64,000 bases of DNA, taken from Yuukianura sp. NJ FZ-2021. Its lineage: Eukaryota. A program made the translations under genes and the position numbers. Below the pieces are notes generated by a model. That model saw only the letters and a program-made list of their open reading frames with translations, was not told the origin of the DNA and ran no database searches. Within the stretch, counting starts at the first letter, position 1, and each line of letters opens with the position of its first letter. Positions 25,501-37,500 of this stretch are shown here, piece by piece. The DNA is taken from the NCBI GenBank assembly GCA_046563655.1, contig CM102286.1:3906001-3970000 (forward strand). The letters run 5' to 3'.

Positions 25501-27259
25501 AAGCTCAAAATTTTTCAAAATTGAACATTACGAAATTCTCTAAAAACTAAAAATTGTCTTTAATTTTTTTGCAACAAATTTCAGTATCAGTCTACGACAA
25601 CATCTACCAGAAGACCTGAAATTCTCGCCTCAATACTCCTCACTCCTTACTTATTTTTAGTCCTCTACCTCACATACTCAGAAACGCTCACGCGGGAAAT
25701 TTCAATTGTTTTCTCCATCCTGTGTATCCTCCATTTCACTTTACATACCATTCAAAATTACTTTGTTTACTCCACTCTTTTTCCTATGGTCATTGTGTCC
25801 TCCCAGTTTATAGCTGTGACTGTCTTCTCCTTTTTGCTTCCTCTCAAGTGTCAAGGGACTAGTCACTCCCTCAACGACACTTCGGACAGCATGGACGACG
25901 CTTCAGCTCAATTCAACTGGACAACCAATAATGAAACGCTTTTGGACTCTGACGCATCATGTCACTCGCCGCCCCCACTTGAGCTTATGTCCAGCGTCAA
26001 TGGGCTGGTGCTTACAACTTTAGGATTCTACAGCCTAGGTTCAACTGCCAAAATACTTCAGATGACCACTTTGACTTTAGGTCACTTGGCCCTGGAATTT
26101 TATTCTGGAAGCTTCCAGTTCTCTGACGCCGTGCATCTGACCATGTTCTTAGTAGCATTAATTATTCATGTGCGTGAGACTGAAGCGACTGGGCGTCTTG
26201 ACTTTCTCTGGAAGATGCAAGCTAAAGGTAACATTAATTCCCCAAAGAATAATTAATGAAGAAGGGATTTATTGGTGGTTTTAGTTGACATTTGACCTTT
26301 GACATCTTGCAGAAGAGAAAGAGGAAACGGAAGCCCTCCAAGACTATAATCACAAGCTACTGGCCAATATCCTTCCAATTCATGTCTGTGACCATTTCCT
26401 TGCGTCGGACAAGTATGATGAGCTGTATGCTGAACAGTGTGACTCTGTTTGTATTTTATTTGCAAGCATTCCAAATTTTTGGGAATTTTATGTGGAGCTG
26501 GAAGCAAATAATGAAGGCGTAGAGTGCTTGCGGCTCCTAAATGAAATTATTGCCGACTTTGACGAAATTTTGACAGACCCGTGTTTTAGTTCGATTGAAA
26601 AGATTAAAACGATGGGATCGTGCTACATGGCAGCAGCAGGTGAGTAACTTTTGAACTTTTTGAATATGTTGTTTAAATAGATCAACATGTATCTTTTTGC
26701 TTGTTTTGCGAATTGCACAGGTCTAACAAAGGCAACTTGTGATATGGTTAACCATAGTCACGTATGTGCAATGGCAGACTTCTCTCTTAAGCTCATCAGT
26801 CAACTCAAACAAATCAACGAACATTCTTTCAACAATTTCAAAATTCGTGTTGGAATGAATATAGGTAGAGGAATTACAAAATATCAAAATGCATCTTTTA
26901 TTCAGTTTTTGTTTTGAAAATTTAGAAAAACTTTGGTTGTAGGTCCAGTGGTTGCTGGTGTGATTGGTGCTAGGAAGCCATGTTACGATATTTGGGGTAA
27001 TGCGGTAAATGTAGCAAGTCGAATGGAGTCCACAGGCGTTCTGGACAAAATTCAAGTATGCCTTTTGAACATTGCGATTTTAGGAAATACACAAACTTTT
27101 GTGAGTTGAATTCGATTAATTGTTAATCAGGTAACATCTGAACTAGCGGCGCTACTTTCAACTAAAGGCTACACATTGCGTAAACGCGGAACAATCAATG
27201 TCAAAGGGAAAGGAGAAATGACCACTCATTTTCTGGAAGCAAAACCAAGTGACTGTTAA
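13548..27259 (+). CDS. Transmembrane adenylate cyclase, type 5/6-like, about 17 exons (start approximate)
   Basis: Exons encode ELYNRYML (15529), TM segments (18299, 18839, 19610), [43 protein letters not shown] (19997-20381), [57 protein letters not shown] and [12 protein letters not shown]; stop at 27257-27259. Confidence 0.92.
15967..16235. mobile_element. MITE with long modular TIRs and 9-bp TSD (Mutator/foldback-like), in an adenylate cyclase intron
   Basis: Inverted arms of about 100 bp built from about 15-nt subrepeats (AATTGTRTCAAC); TSD CAGAAAAGC at 15958-15966 and 16236-16244. Confidence 0.85.
23334..23526. mobile_element. Possible degenerate Tc1/mariner-type MITE remnant
   Basis: Right end ..TTTCGGAACACCCTG|TA is a typical CAGGGTG TIR with TA; the left end CAGGGCGGACG is only weakly similar. 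Confidence 0.3.
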
Positions 27260-27482
27260 ACTCAAAAAGTTCTTTATTTTCTCAACCACAATTGAAATTG
27301 TTCCTTAAGTTTCAAATTTCATGTCATATAATCGTAATCATTTTATTGAAATGAGTCCAAAATTAATTCAATTTGAATTTGAATTCAGCGCTTGTAGCGC
27401 TTTTCAACTCACCGTCGTCTAATGACTAAAAAAATGTTGTGTTACCTTGTACTAAATCTTTCCCTGAATTCCATATTTATTG

Positions 27483-28147
27483 TCACCAAATAAATCCTGG
27501 TCTAAAACTTTTTAAAAAAGAATCCATTGACTCCATTTTGATTTCTTTCTTTTTCGAAATAGCGGGGAGTTCAAAAATTTCACTTGGAAGTGGTTCTGCA
27601 CCAAAATACAAAGATTTAATACACGCCATGTAATCTCTTGCGGCGTCCATTTTCAACTTGGCACTGTTACGACTCTCGTCATGTTCATTTGCACCAATTG
27701 GAGGACATTTGAGACGCGCATTTCGGGCGGCATAAATCCCAAGTCGATGTGCATCTTCGTCGTACAAACTTCTTGAAGCAAATGACAGAATATTGGACGG
27801 TACTTCGAGCGTCCCTTTAGCGTTATGTAAACCAACAGCGTTTGCTTTTTGAAAATTATTCGAAAGTGGCGCTGGATTTTGAAATTCTTCAACATAGCCT
27901 CTTTCTTCGTGTAATTCTTGGTTTTGGTGTAAAAGCATTTCCTGGTCTGGCGTGTCGCCATCTTTAAAGAAACTGGGAACATGTTCAATGCTTTAAAAAA
28001 ATAATTTTCAAAACAATAGTTTAGTATTTGTACAGTGAGAAGGAGAACAAATACAATCTGTTGGTAAAAGGAATTGTTACCTTGTTTGTTTTCTGACTTG
28101 AGCATGGAAGTATGATGGGAAAGTAGGGAAGTCGTCTTGAGCTGCAT
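27483..28147 (-). CDS. Hypothetical protein, 2 exons (28147-28081, 27962-27483), convergent with the adenylate cyclase
   Basis: 151-aa ORF joined in frame through a GT..AAG intron to an upstream ATG exon (MQLKTT..); no recognised domain. Confidence 0.45.
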
Positions 28148-29012
28148 GAGTGGATGGTGGAAGGTAGGGAGCTGTTGCTTGGTGAAAGTTCCAGAAAACC
28201 AGAATCAAAGAAAAACAAATATAATTCATTTTTAATAACGTAAAATACTGTAGAGTTAATAATAAGCACTTTAGGTTTGTTTAGTTTGTCACAAGTGGAC
28301 ACAATCAACTGACTTGAACAAAATCCCAGTTGATTTTACTTCTGCGCATGGTTGAGCTTCATTACTCAATAGAGTTGATCCAATTCCCATTTCCTTAACG
28401 TTTTTTTAACTTTAACCACAAGATCTCTATTTCCGTCCAACTTCCTCTTGCATCTGCCTATATTAACTCGAAAACGTATATTGAAAATCACTCGCAATGC
28501 ATAGATTCTCACACATTCGTCAGATGAAACGTTTGCAGTTGAAAAGTTTTAAAAATAGCTAAACAAAAACGATGAGCTCAGCAGGAAAAAAACAACAACG
28601 ATTTTTGAACAAAAAACATTCTGCTGAAAATTGTTACGTATTCAACAAAATACTTGTCATTTGAACTTGACTTTTGAATTCATCACGCCGAAACTGTCAC
28701 GCCGAAATCACATTTTGAAGTGAGTTGAATAAATTTAGGAGAATGAAACAATAGTCAATTGTCCATAAATGGAAATGCGCATTCAAGTTTTTCAAATGCT
28801 GATTAGAATTTGCAAAACTGTCACTAACTAATCAAGATTTAAACTGATCTGGAGATCTAAAGCTAATTGATAATCACCACGTGTGAGTGAGTGACTCCAG
28901 ATTGAATTTGTTTAGTAAAGGAATATAAAGTAGATTCACAAGTGGCATTGTTAAAGCATTTCGATTTGTGAAGTTTCCTGAGCACTTGTTAAGTTTCAAG
29001 GTTTTTTGAAAA

Positions 29013-29897
29013 ATGAAGTTCGAAATTTTTGTTTTTGCGTGTTTTGGACTTGCATTGACCTCTGCCATTCCCTCTAACAAGCCAACAGACGTTTTAACAG
29101 GGAATATTGAGTTCCTTTATGGCGACTACGTTGTGTTTTGGGAAATCAATGAACAAAGAACCCACATTACTTTAGATGTCACTGTGAGAAACCAAGGATG
29201 GTTTGGAATTGGGTTCTCAGAGAGTGGTAACATGGAAAACGCTGACATGCATGTCGCTCAAGTAGTCACCACAGATGGAGTCAAATCTCTTGACCTCAAG
29301 GTATGCCCTACCCAAAAATTTTGTTTCGCAAATTGAAGTTAGAAGTTTTAGAGTCTGTTGCTCAAAACTTTTTTTTTGAATTTCAAAGTATTATTGAAGT
29401 GGAAAAATATTCGCCATATATTGCCATTTTTATGTAAAATATTGTTATTGTATTTTGATTCCCAGGACTACCATAGCATCACGTCTTCAAATACTCCAAT
29501 GCTCGATGCCGTCCAGAACTTACAAGTAAAGCAAAGTGGGCGAAATGGAACTCACTCCTTCGTTCGTTTTTCAAGGGCGATTGAAACTGGTGATGTAACT
29601 GAAGACATGGTCATTCCATTGGTTAGTCAAAATATACTACAGTTTTTATCTTTGAAATTTCAACTTTTTTTAGAAAAGTTTAAAAAATTTCTTTCTCTGA
29701 AATTATAGGATGGCGTGTACATGATTTGGGCTTTCTCTGAATCTGTGGAAACAATGGAGTTTCATCGCGACAATGCAGGGCAAGGACGTGTAGTATTCGA
29801 AGAAAATGGAGAAGATGCAGTTGATGATGATGATGATGAAGAAGATGATGAAGATGATGAAGAAGATGACGAGGATGATGAAGAAGAAGAGGAATAA
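29013..29897 (+). CDS. Secreted DOMON-domain protein with poly-Asp/Glu tail, 3 exons
   Basis: Signal peptide; GWFGIGFS.SGNMENADM, DY..P.LD..QN, FSRAIETGD..D, IWAF and FH motifs of DOMON; tail DDDDDEEDDEDDEEDDEDDEEEEE. Confidence 0.85.
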
Positions 29898-29946
29898 AAT
29901 TGAATTAAATTAATAAAAACTCACATTTCAATAAATCCAATAAAAT

Positions 29947-31337
29947 TTATTTCACTTTTTTGTTTCTCTTATCAAAGTATGCTCGGAAGAAAAAGTTTGC
30001 AAAAAGAACAAAGTAAGATGCGTACATAATCAGAGCTAGATGAATATGTTTTGCTTGAACCAAACATTCAACTCCTTGTGATTTGGCGTAGAGACTGTAC
30101 ACGTTCACTGTAACGCCAAGCACCATTTGCGACAGTTGTAGAACTGTTATCACCATGCTCACAAATTTCGGAACAGAAATTTGCAGAGACTGAAATTTTG
30201 GAAACACACAGAGAGACATTTGAGGTTATGTCAATTTCAAAAACTATGAATAAAGTTGACCTTGGGTACTTTGTACCTTAAGTGCATAGTAGGTGTACAT
30301 CAAAGAGTGTACTGTATAATTCATGACCATAAACCAGCGGGATGTAGCATCATACGATTCGTAAGTAAACCATGTGTAGCCCATGACAGTAATGTGATGG
30401 TACCTTTGAATATACACAAAAAAGCATGTAAACATTTACACATTTTCAGTTTACACATTTCCACATAACGAGTTACTCATAAAAAAAGTATGTCAATAGG
30501 ATCAAGTACGAAGAACAGGTTTCATGTGTTCAAAGTTCACTCATCCCACTTTCTTTTAAAAAAGTCAAAATTTGCATAAACTTCTGTCAAATCCAGATTT
30601 TTAAATTCGAAAAAAGAATCGGGAGTCAATGCTAAATTAGTGCGCATTTTCTTAGTTTTTGGAAACTTGCTGCCATGTTTGTAAAACATAAAACGTTTCA
30701 CCACACAGGAAAAATTTAAAATTTCAAAATTTAAAAAAATATAAGTTTTCGGTTTTAAAAATTTTGACAAAAGTCAACAATTACCAGTGCAAGAAAATGA
30801 GCGGCTGCTTTCTGATGACAATGAAGAAAGTGTCTCCAAGTTCAAATGCTTTGCTAAGTGTGAATAGGACGCCCCAGAAAGCAGTAGCCAAGTTATGGTG
30901 ATCTCTGCAAATCAAGTGTAACAAAATTTTGTTAGCTTCAGTTGGAAATAAATTTTAGTATTGCAAACGCAAAACTATGCCAAAAACTTCAAAATTTTGC
31001 ACCTCCTGCATACAGAAAGATGGAATCCATTGTCTTGACGCAGAATGTGCAGTAGTTCAGGAGCTGTCCGCAGAGCTCCGAAGGTGCTGAAAATGGCCAA
31101 TAGGATGTTCCATCCTGTCAGGAGTCGTCTAGCCTCAAAGCGTCTCCTGTTGCGCATGAGTATTTGGCCAAGGAAGATGGCGATGAGGTAGACGACGGAG
31201 ATGTAGACAGATAGGATCCAGTAGGATCCGAACCAGGCACGCCATGCTGTTAGGTTATAAGAAGCCTCAAGTGCCCAGACGGACGTGTACGACGGATTTG
31301 GCAAAGGGTCCTCAACTACTTCACTCAGTTTGATCAT
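29947..31337 (-). CDS. Very-long-chain fatty acid elongase (ELOVL3/6, baldspot-like), 4 exons
   Basis: [27 protein letters not shown] (HxxHH box), [30 protein letters not shown] and a Lys-rich C-terminus. Confidence 0.93.
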
Positions 31338-31564
31338 CTTCGTGACTGGGTCATGCTCTCATCTCCCACAAAATTTCATCCCCAATCCAATCAGCAAGGT
31401 GTAACTGACGTCAGTCTTTTCAGTGGTTTAAAGTGGACCACCGCAACTCATCTTTGTAGCAGGTTAGGTAGTGGGGATGACCCTGCTTTGTACAGGGGGA
31501 GGGTTGGCTTGGTGAAGATTCAACAATAAATGGCTCAACAATGAGAAATCCCAAAGACGACGTT

Positions 31565-31643
31565 GAGATTTTGCACTTGAATTTGGCACAAAGAATGGCA
31601 GATGTGGAGATTTTGCACTTGAATTTGGCACAAAGAATGCAGA
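31565..31643. repeat. Two-copy direct repeat, 42-bp period
   Basis: GAGATTTTGCACTTGAATTTGGCACAAAGAATG at 31565 and 31607, upstream of ELOVL. Confidence 0.85.
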
Positions 31644-32820
31644 ATCGAAGGATATGCGTCCGACTAGTTCTTTTCTGAGTTATTGACTATGCCATTTGAC
31701 CCCATTCAGCATTTCAGTTACAATACCAAGAAATTTCAACCTGCCTCAAATATTTTACCAGATTAAGCAAAACAGAATATAAATTTTTTTTTAAATCATT
31801 TTGAAAACCTATTTAATGTAATATCGGTTGTAGGAACTTCAATTTCATCTTGAACAGCAATTTTCTAATCAACTGATTTTTCTTTATTGCGGAATTCCAC
31901 CACAATATATTTAGAATTCAAAAACCTTTATCAGTTTTCTAAAACTCATTTTTAGTTGAAAACTGTTTTTGTTGGAAATGAATGCAGTGTTTCTCTGGCT
32001 TGGAAATACTGTGAAATGCCGTGGAAGGTCGCCTGTTTTAGTATTGACGTCACAAAATTTCCCACAGTTCTTTAAGTTTAAAAAAGTTTGAAATTTGGAG
32101 TCTATTGTGATCTATTCTTTGCTAAACCTTGAATTCGTGCCGCGGAGAAAATTGAATGGCGCAGGATAACAAAAGTTAAAATGAAACAGGTTGTACAGTT
32201 TTCCTTGAAAGAATCTCATCTTGAAGTTTTAAGTTTGCAACTTAAGTGCTGGTTCCTTTCATCTGCTAGTGACATTGGTTCCCTGCGGGTTCGATTAATT
32301 AATATTTCCTTGTGTTCTGTTCCTATCCAAACACTTACCAACAAGAATTCTCTATTTTTAGTAACACAAGAGTCTTAATTCAAGGGAACCTTGTCATGCC
32401 AAACAAAATGAAGAGAACAAAAATTTACGTTCAGGTATAAATGCTGGGGTGAAAATGCCTCAAGGATTAAACTTGAACTTGCAGCTTTGAAATTTAAAAA
32501 AATCACAATGATTGTGATTTATATGATTAAATTTTATAATAGATTTCTCATAAACCGATTATAAAACTTAATAAATTGTTGACTCGAGGAGTTGCTTTTT
32601 CTTTCAGTTTAAGGCAAGTTTTACTCAAGTTATAAAAATTAACCTGCTAATTAAACTAATTTGTTCCATAATTTTTTTTAAAACTAACTTTAGAAAGAGC
32701 ACATTTGGAACTTCATGTTGCAGTTACAATTGAGGCAGCCATTGTAAGAAAGCATATTCTTGGGAATGGTTGTGCTAAGTAGTCTATGGAATGGACGAAT
32801 CTGCTATCTTTATGTGGATC

Positions 32821-33142
32821 TCAAAAGCTGAGAGTCCAAATGAACCAAATTTCTTCGTCACTTGCAGCTCCTGACGTAGATGTCACCACTTTACAGCCTG
32901 CTTGAGCCAGTGATTTGAGCATAGCGGTGACTAGGTTGATTGGTAAAGGCTTGTTGTCCAGTACTTCTTTCAAGTCGTCGTCAAGGTCAACTTGTGTTGC
33001 GAGTACTAGTTCGCCATTGACCTCTTCAAAATTTGGATGGTCCTTCAGGAATGTCGCTTTCTTGGAGTAGATGAGGCCATTGACTCGGACGACCCATGAT
33101 CTCCCTTTGTAGTTTGGCGGAGAACTAGTCTCTCGTCGAGCA
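32821..33142 (-). CDS. Small hypothetical protein (3' exon; start not located), possible GFRP/KCTD-H1-like fold
   Basis: Open frame after a CAG acceptor; C-terminus MLKSLAQAGCKVVTSTSG..WFIWTLSF resembles the L..L...G..V.....G....W.L pattern. Confidence 0.45.
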
Positions 33143-34574
33143 CTGAATAGAAAAACCAAAAAGTGTAACCTTCAATTTTTCAAAATTTAAAAAAGAAACT
33201 CAAAGAAAGATGTTTTGAAATGTAAAGTTATTACACAAGGTCGAAATGAGACCATGACCGGAACAAAAAATAACTTTTTGTTTTGAAAACAGAACTTTTT
33301 TTTAAACTTGAGCAACACGCTTCAGTGAAGAGCCTTCACGAGCTTCCTTAAGTCTCCCATTTTTCAATGTCAAGTATTTGCTTTGAATGTGCCACAATGG
33401 GAATATTGTGGGACATTTTTCAATGTTAATTAATTGAATTAATAAAATATGAGTGTATTACCAGAGAGTTGCAATCGACATTTCAAGCACCAAGCTAGTC
33501 CTTTTCAAAAGCACTGGAAGTTAGGCCAAAAAGATCAAAATTGTGAAATTTCAAACAGATGGAAAAGTTCAATGCCACTTTTAAAGATCAGAGAATGCGA
33601 GTGTTCATCCTCATCCTTGGATCAACATTCAAGATCCAAGGGCGACTCGTAGAGATCTCGTTGAATATCTCGAGTAGGATTATAGGCTTAATCACAAACA
33701 ACTATGTACTTACTATGTTTCCCTGTCCTACACTATTTCATGAATAGTGCATAAGGTTAGGTTTAGTATTTTGAATTTTCATGTAGGAAAATTTTATGCC
33801 ACACAAAGATAACTCACTTCCAATCACATCTTTAAGCAAAATTTACCCAATTCTAGCACATTGAACTTTCTTCGTGCTAAATAATGCCATAGAGCAAAAA
33901 CCTGATACGGCGGAAATAAAAACAAAAAATGTATAAAAACGTTTTTATACGTTTTTTTTTGTTTGTATTTCCGCGAAATCTTATGTAGAGGTGAATTTCC
34001 TTCATGAATCAATGTTTGCTTAGCAAAAACGTTAAAACTTTTTTTTTGAAAAATTGAAGCATGTTAGCATCATGTCGAACGCCTGCGTGCAGCTAATTTG
34101 CTCTTCAACTTGAACTTCGCATCCGCTCCGACTAAGGTCACGGGATGCGTCGTATTACTAAAATTGCACTCTTTTAGAAAGTTATATTTTCTAGACGACA
34201 AAATACGTAGCTTGTGGTTTTGTTGTTGTCTCTTGCAAGGGGGAAATCATAATGATATTTTCTGCGGCTTTAGCTTAACCAAATAAATGCCATATGAAAT
34301 CAAGAATTCATTGAAATGATCATCCTGAGGCACAGATTTAAAGAGCACAACAATACAAAGGTTGGAACTTGAAATCCTTGGGAAGATTTAAGGCCAATGG
34401 GTGGTTCATGTCACGGAAGGAAGATCAGAGTAGCATAAAATGATAACTTCATACTGAACTGGTCGGAAATTACGCTTTTAGAAGATGCTCAGTGTGAAGA
34501 TTGCCTTTCAAACGAATAGATCTGTTGAAATAAATTTTCTACTTCTGTGTAGTCTGCATAAATTGGGTTAAAAA

Positions 34575-37500
34575 ATGGCTAATCCAAATATACGCAACCA
34601 GCAGGTCAGAAAAACAAAAATTACTCAATTATTTAAGTATTTTATGAATTTTTGGAACTTGATTCTCAGGTTGTGGAAACAGCAAGAAAAGCTTTTAATT
34701 CTCGCAGAACAATTCCAATTTCATTCCGTGTGCAACAACTAGAAGGTCTACTACGATTTTTTGAAGAAAATGAAATCGCAATTTTGGAAAGTTTGAAAAA
34801 AGATTTGCGGAAGGCAAAAAATGAGGGTAAGGAAATAAAGGATGGTTTCGGATAAGCGTTGCCAAACCGGCCCAGCGCCATTTGTTTGTTTGTATATTCT
34901 CCGGCCCACTTAATAACGATATAAAACGTTTATAAAACGTTTAACGTATTTGTTGTTTTTTATCACAAATGTGCAACTTGTGTGGAAATGTACAAATGGT
35001 TTGTATGCGCTGCACAAATTCCTTTCGGAATTGTGCATTGTATACAAACCGTTTGGGCGACGTCGAAACTGAAAGAAAACATTAAAAATGGAGAATTTTT
35101 GATAATAAAATTACCGTTAACCTCGACCTTAAAAGTTTGAGCCAGAAAAGTTTGAGCCAGAAAAGCCTGATCAAGAAAAGTCAGACCCGGAATAGTCTTA
35201 TCTGTCAGACCCGGAATAGTCTTATCTAGAAAAGTCTAATCAAGAAAAATCTGACCCAGAAAAGTTTGACCCATAAAAGTCTTATCTAGAAAAGTCTGAG
35301 CCAGAAAAGTCTGATCAAGAAAAGTCAGACCCGGAAAAGTCTTATCTAGAAAAGTCTGATCCAGAAAAGTTTTAGCCAGAAAAGTCTGATCAAGAAAAAT
35401 CTGATCCAGAAAAGTTTGACCCATAAAAGTCTTATCTAGAAAAGTCTGAGCCAGAAAAGTCTGATCAAGAAAAGTCAGATCCGGAAAAGTCTAATCCAGA
35501 AAAGTTTGACCCATAAAAGTCTTATCTAGAAAAGTCTGATGCAGAAAAGTCTGATCCAGAAATGTTTGAGCCAGAAAAGTCTGATCAAGAAAAGTCAGAC
35601 CCGGAAAAGTCTTATCTAGAAAAGTCTGAGCCAGAAAAGTCTGATCAAGAAAAGTCAGATCCGGAAAAGTCTAATCCAGAAAAGTTTGACCCATGAAAGT
35701 CTTATCTAGAAAAGTCTGATGCAGAAAAGTCTGATTCAGAAAAGTTTGAGCCAGAAAAGTCTGATCAAGAAAAGTCAGACCCGGAAAAGTCTTATCTAGA
35801 AAAGTCTGGTCCAGAAAAGTTTTAGCCAGAAAAGTCTGATCAAGAAAAGTCAGATCCGGAAAAGTCTGATCAAGAAAAATCTGATCCAGAAAAGTTTAAC
35901 CCATAAAAGTCTTAGCTAGAAAAGTCTGAGCCAGAAAAGTCTGATCAAGAAAAGTCAGATCCGGAAAAGTCTAATCCAGAAAAGTTTGACCCATAAAAGT
36001 CTTATCTAGAAAAGTCTGATGCAGAAAAGTCTGATCCAGAAATGTTTGAGCCAGAAAAGTCTGATCAAGAAAAGTCAGACCCGGAAAAGTCTTATCTAGA
36101 AAAGTCTGAGCCAGAAAAGTCTGATCAAGAAAAGTCAGATCCGGAAAAGTCTAATCCAGAAAAGTTTGACCCATAAAAGTCTTATCTAGAAAAGTCTGAT
36201 CCAGAAAAGTCTAATCCAGAAAAGTTTGACCCATAAAAGTCTTATCTAGAAAAGTCTGATCCAGAAAAGTCTGATCAAGAAAAGTCTGATCCAGAAAAGT
36301 TTGACTCATAAAAGTCATCTAGAAAAGTCTGAGCCAGAAAAGTCTGATCAAGAAAAGTCAGACCCGGAAAAGTCTTATCTAGAAAAGTCAGATCCAGAAA
36401 AGTCTGACCAAGAAAAGTTCGACCCATAAAAGTCTTATCCATAGTCGTAGTTCTGCTCCTGAGCACGGAAACAGAATACGACTAAAGTCGTATTCAGGCC
36501 CCTGAGCACGCACAGAAAGTACGACTATAGTCGTATTCAGGCCCCTGAGCCCGCACAGAAAATACGACTAAAGTCGTATTTAGGGTTCAAGAGGTTAAAC
36601 ACAAAAACAAAACACGTCTGTACTATTCAAAACTCAAAATGGAAATGACCTTTAAACACGTCTGAGCAAGAAATCGCACTTTTTAAAAACAAACATTGAT
36701 GCACCAAAACCGTTTCCATAGCAATGACCACTCAAAAGTTAGAAATTGTGCAAGATAAAATCAAAAACACGAAGTTTGAAATTGTGCAGCTTCGGCAAAC
36801 GAAACCCAGAATTGTGCACATCTTGGTGGTAAAAATTACATCCAGCCGGATGATTTAAACGGATTGTAATAATCAAGAAAAACTTGATTATTTCCTTAGA
36901 AAACTAGTCAACTGTGGGTACACTTTTAGGGTACTAATCGGTGGTATTCCATTCTAAATTTTTTAACATAGCTTCATGGATGATACACGATGCTCATCCT
37001 AAAATTTCATGATGTAGTACCACCGATTTCATCTTCATTTCCGTCCTCAAAGTTAGCATCGATACCCGAAACCAACCTTTGACGAAATAAAAAGCTGTTT
37101 TGTTTTTCCAAATTTTATTGAACCTGTTTTTGTTGTTTCACTTTTTAGCAATGCTTTATGAGATCAACTACATGAAGATTGAAATAAAAAAACAAATGGG
37201 GAGAATAGAAAAGTACGCAGCCAATGAATATTTGCCGCTCAATTTGATTTCACCACTCGACACTGCTTATGTCCAGAATGAGCCTTTTGGAGTTGTGCTT
37301 ATCATTGGACCATGGAATTACCCATACTTGCTGCTACTCCAACCATTAGTCGGGTGTGTACGCAAATTCTGGGCTTTGCAAATACAAAAATTCCTTTAGA
37401 AAAAAAACGCTTTTTAAAGCAGAAATTTTGAAATGTAGAGCTATCGCCGCTGGAAATGCAGCCGTTCTAAAACCTTCTGAGATACCTTCAAGTGTTGCTG

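Larger units (their letters stand above)
35121..36594. mobile_element. Nested piggyBac-like non-autonomous element (TTAA TSD)
   Basis: TTAA|CCTC at 35117 and GAGG|TTAA at 36591-36598; the right end carries palindromic subterminal repeats; the left end looks truncated. Confidence 0.6.
34839..37078. mobile_element. Outer non-autonomous DNA transposon (Kolobok-like) in ALDH intron 2
   Basis: Imperfect TIRs AGGATGGTTTCGGATA / reverse complement AGGTTGGTTTCGGGTA; flanks ATAA and TTGA are each one mismatch from TTAA; removing it leaves an intron of about 80 nt, typical here. Confidence 0.6.

Noticed and set aside
35236..36466. Pentapeptide-repeat ORFs (DQTFL)n
   Set aside because: Translation of the 15-bp minisatellite; unit variants introduce stops in the frames checked on both strands.
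36475..36580. CRISPR-like palindromic repeats with spacers
   Set aside because: Only three repeats, spacers nearly identical, eukaryotic intron and no cas genes; better explained as transposon subterminal repeats.
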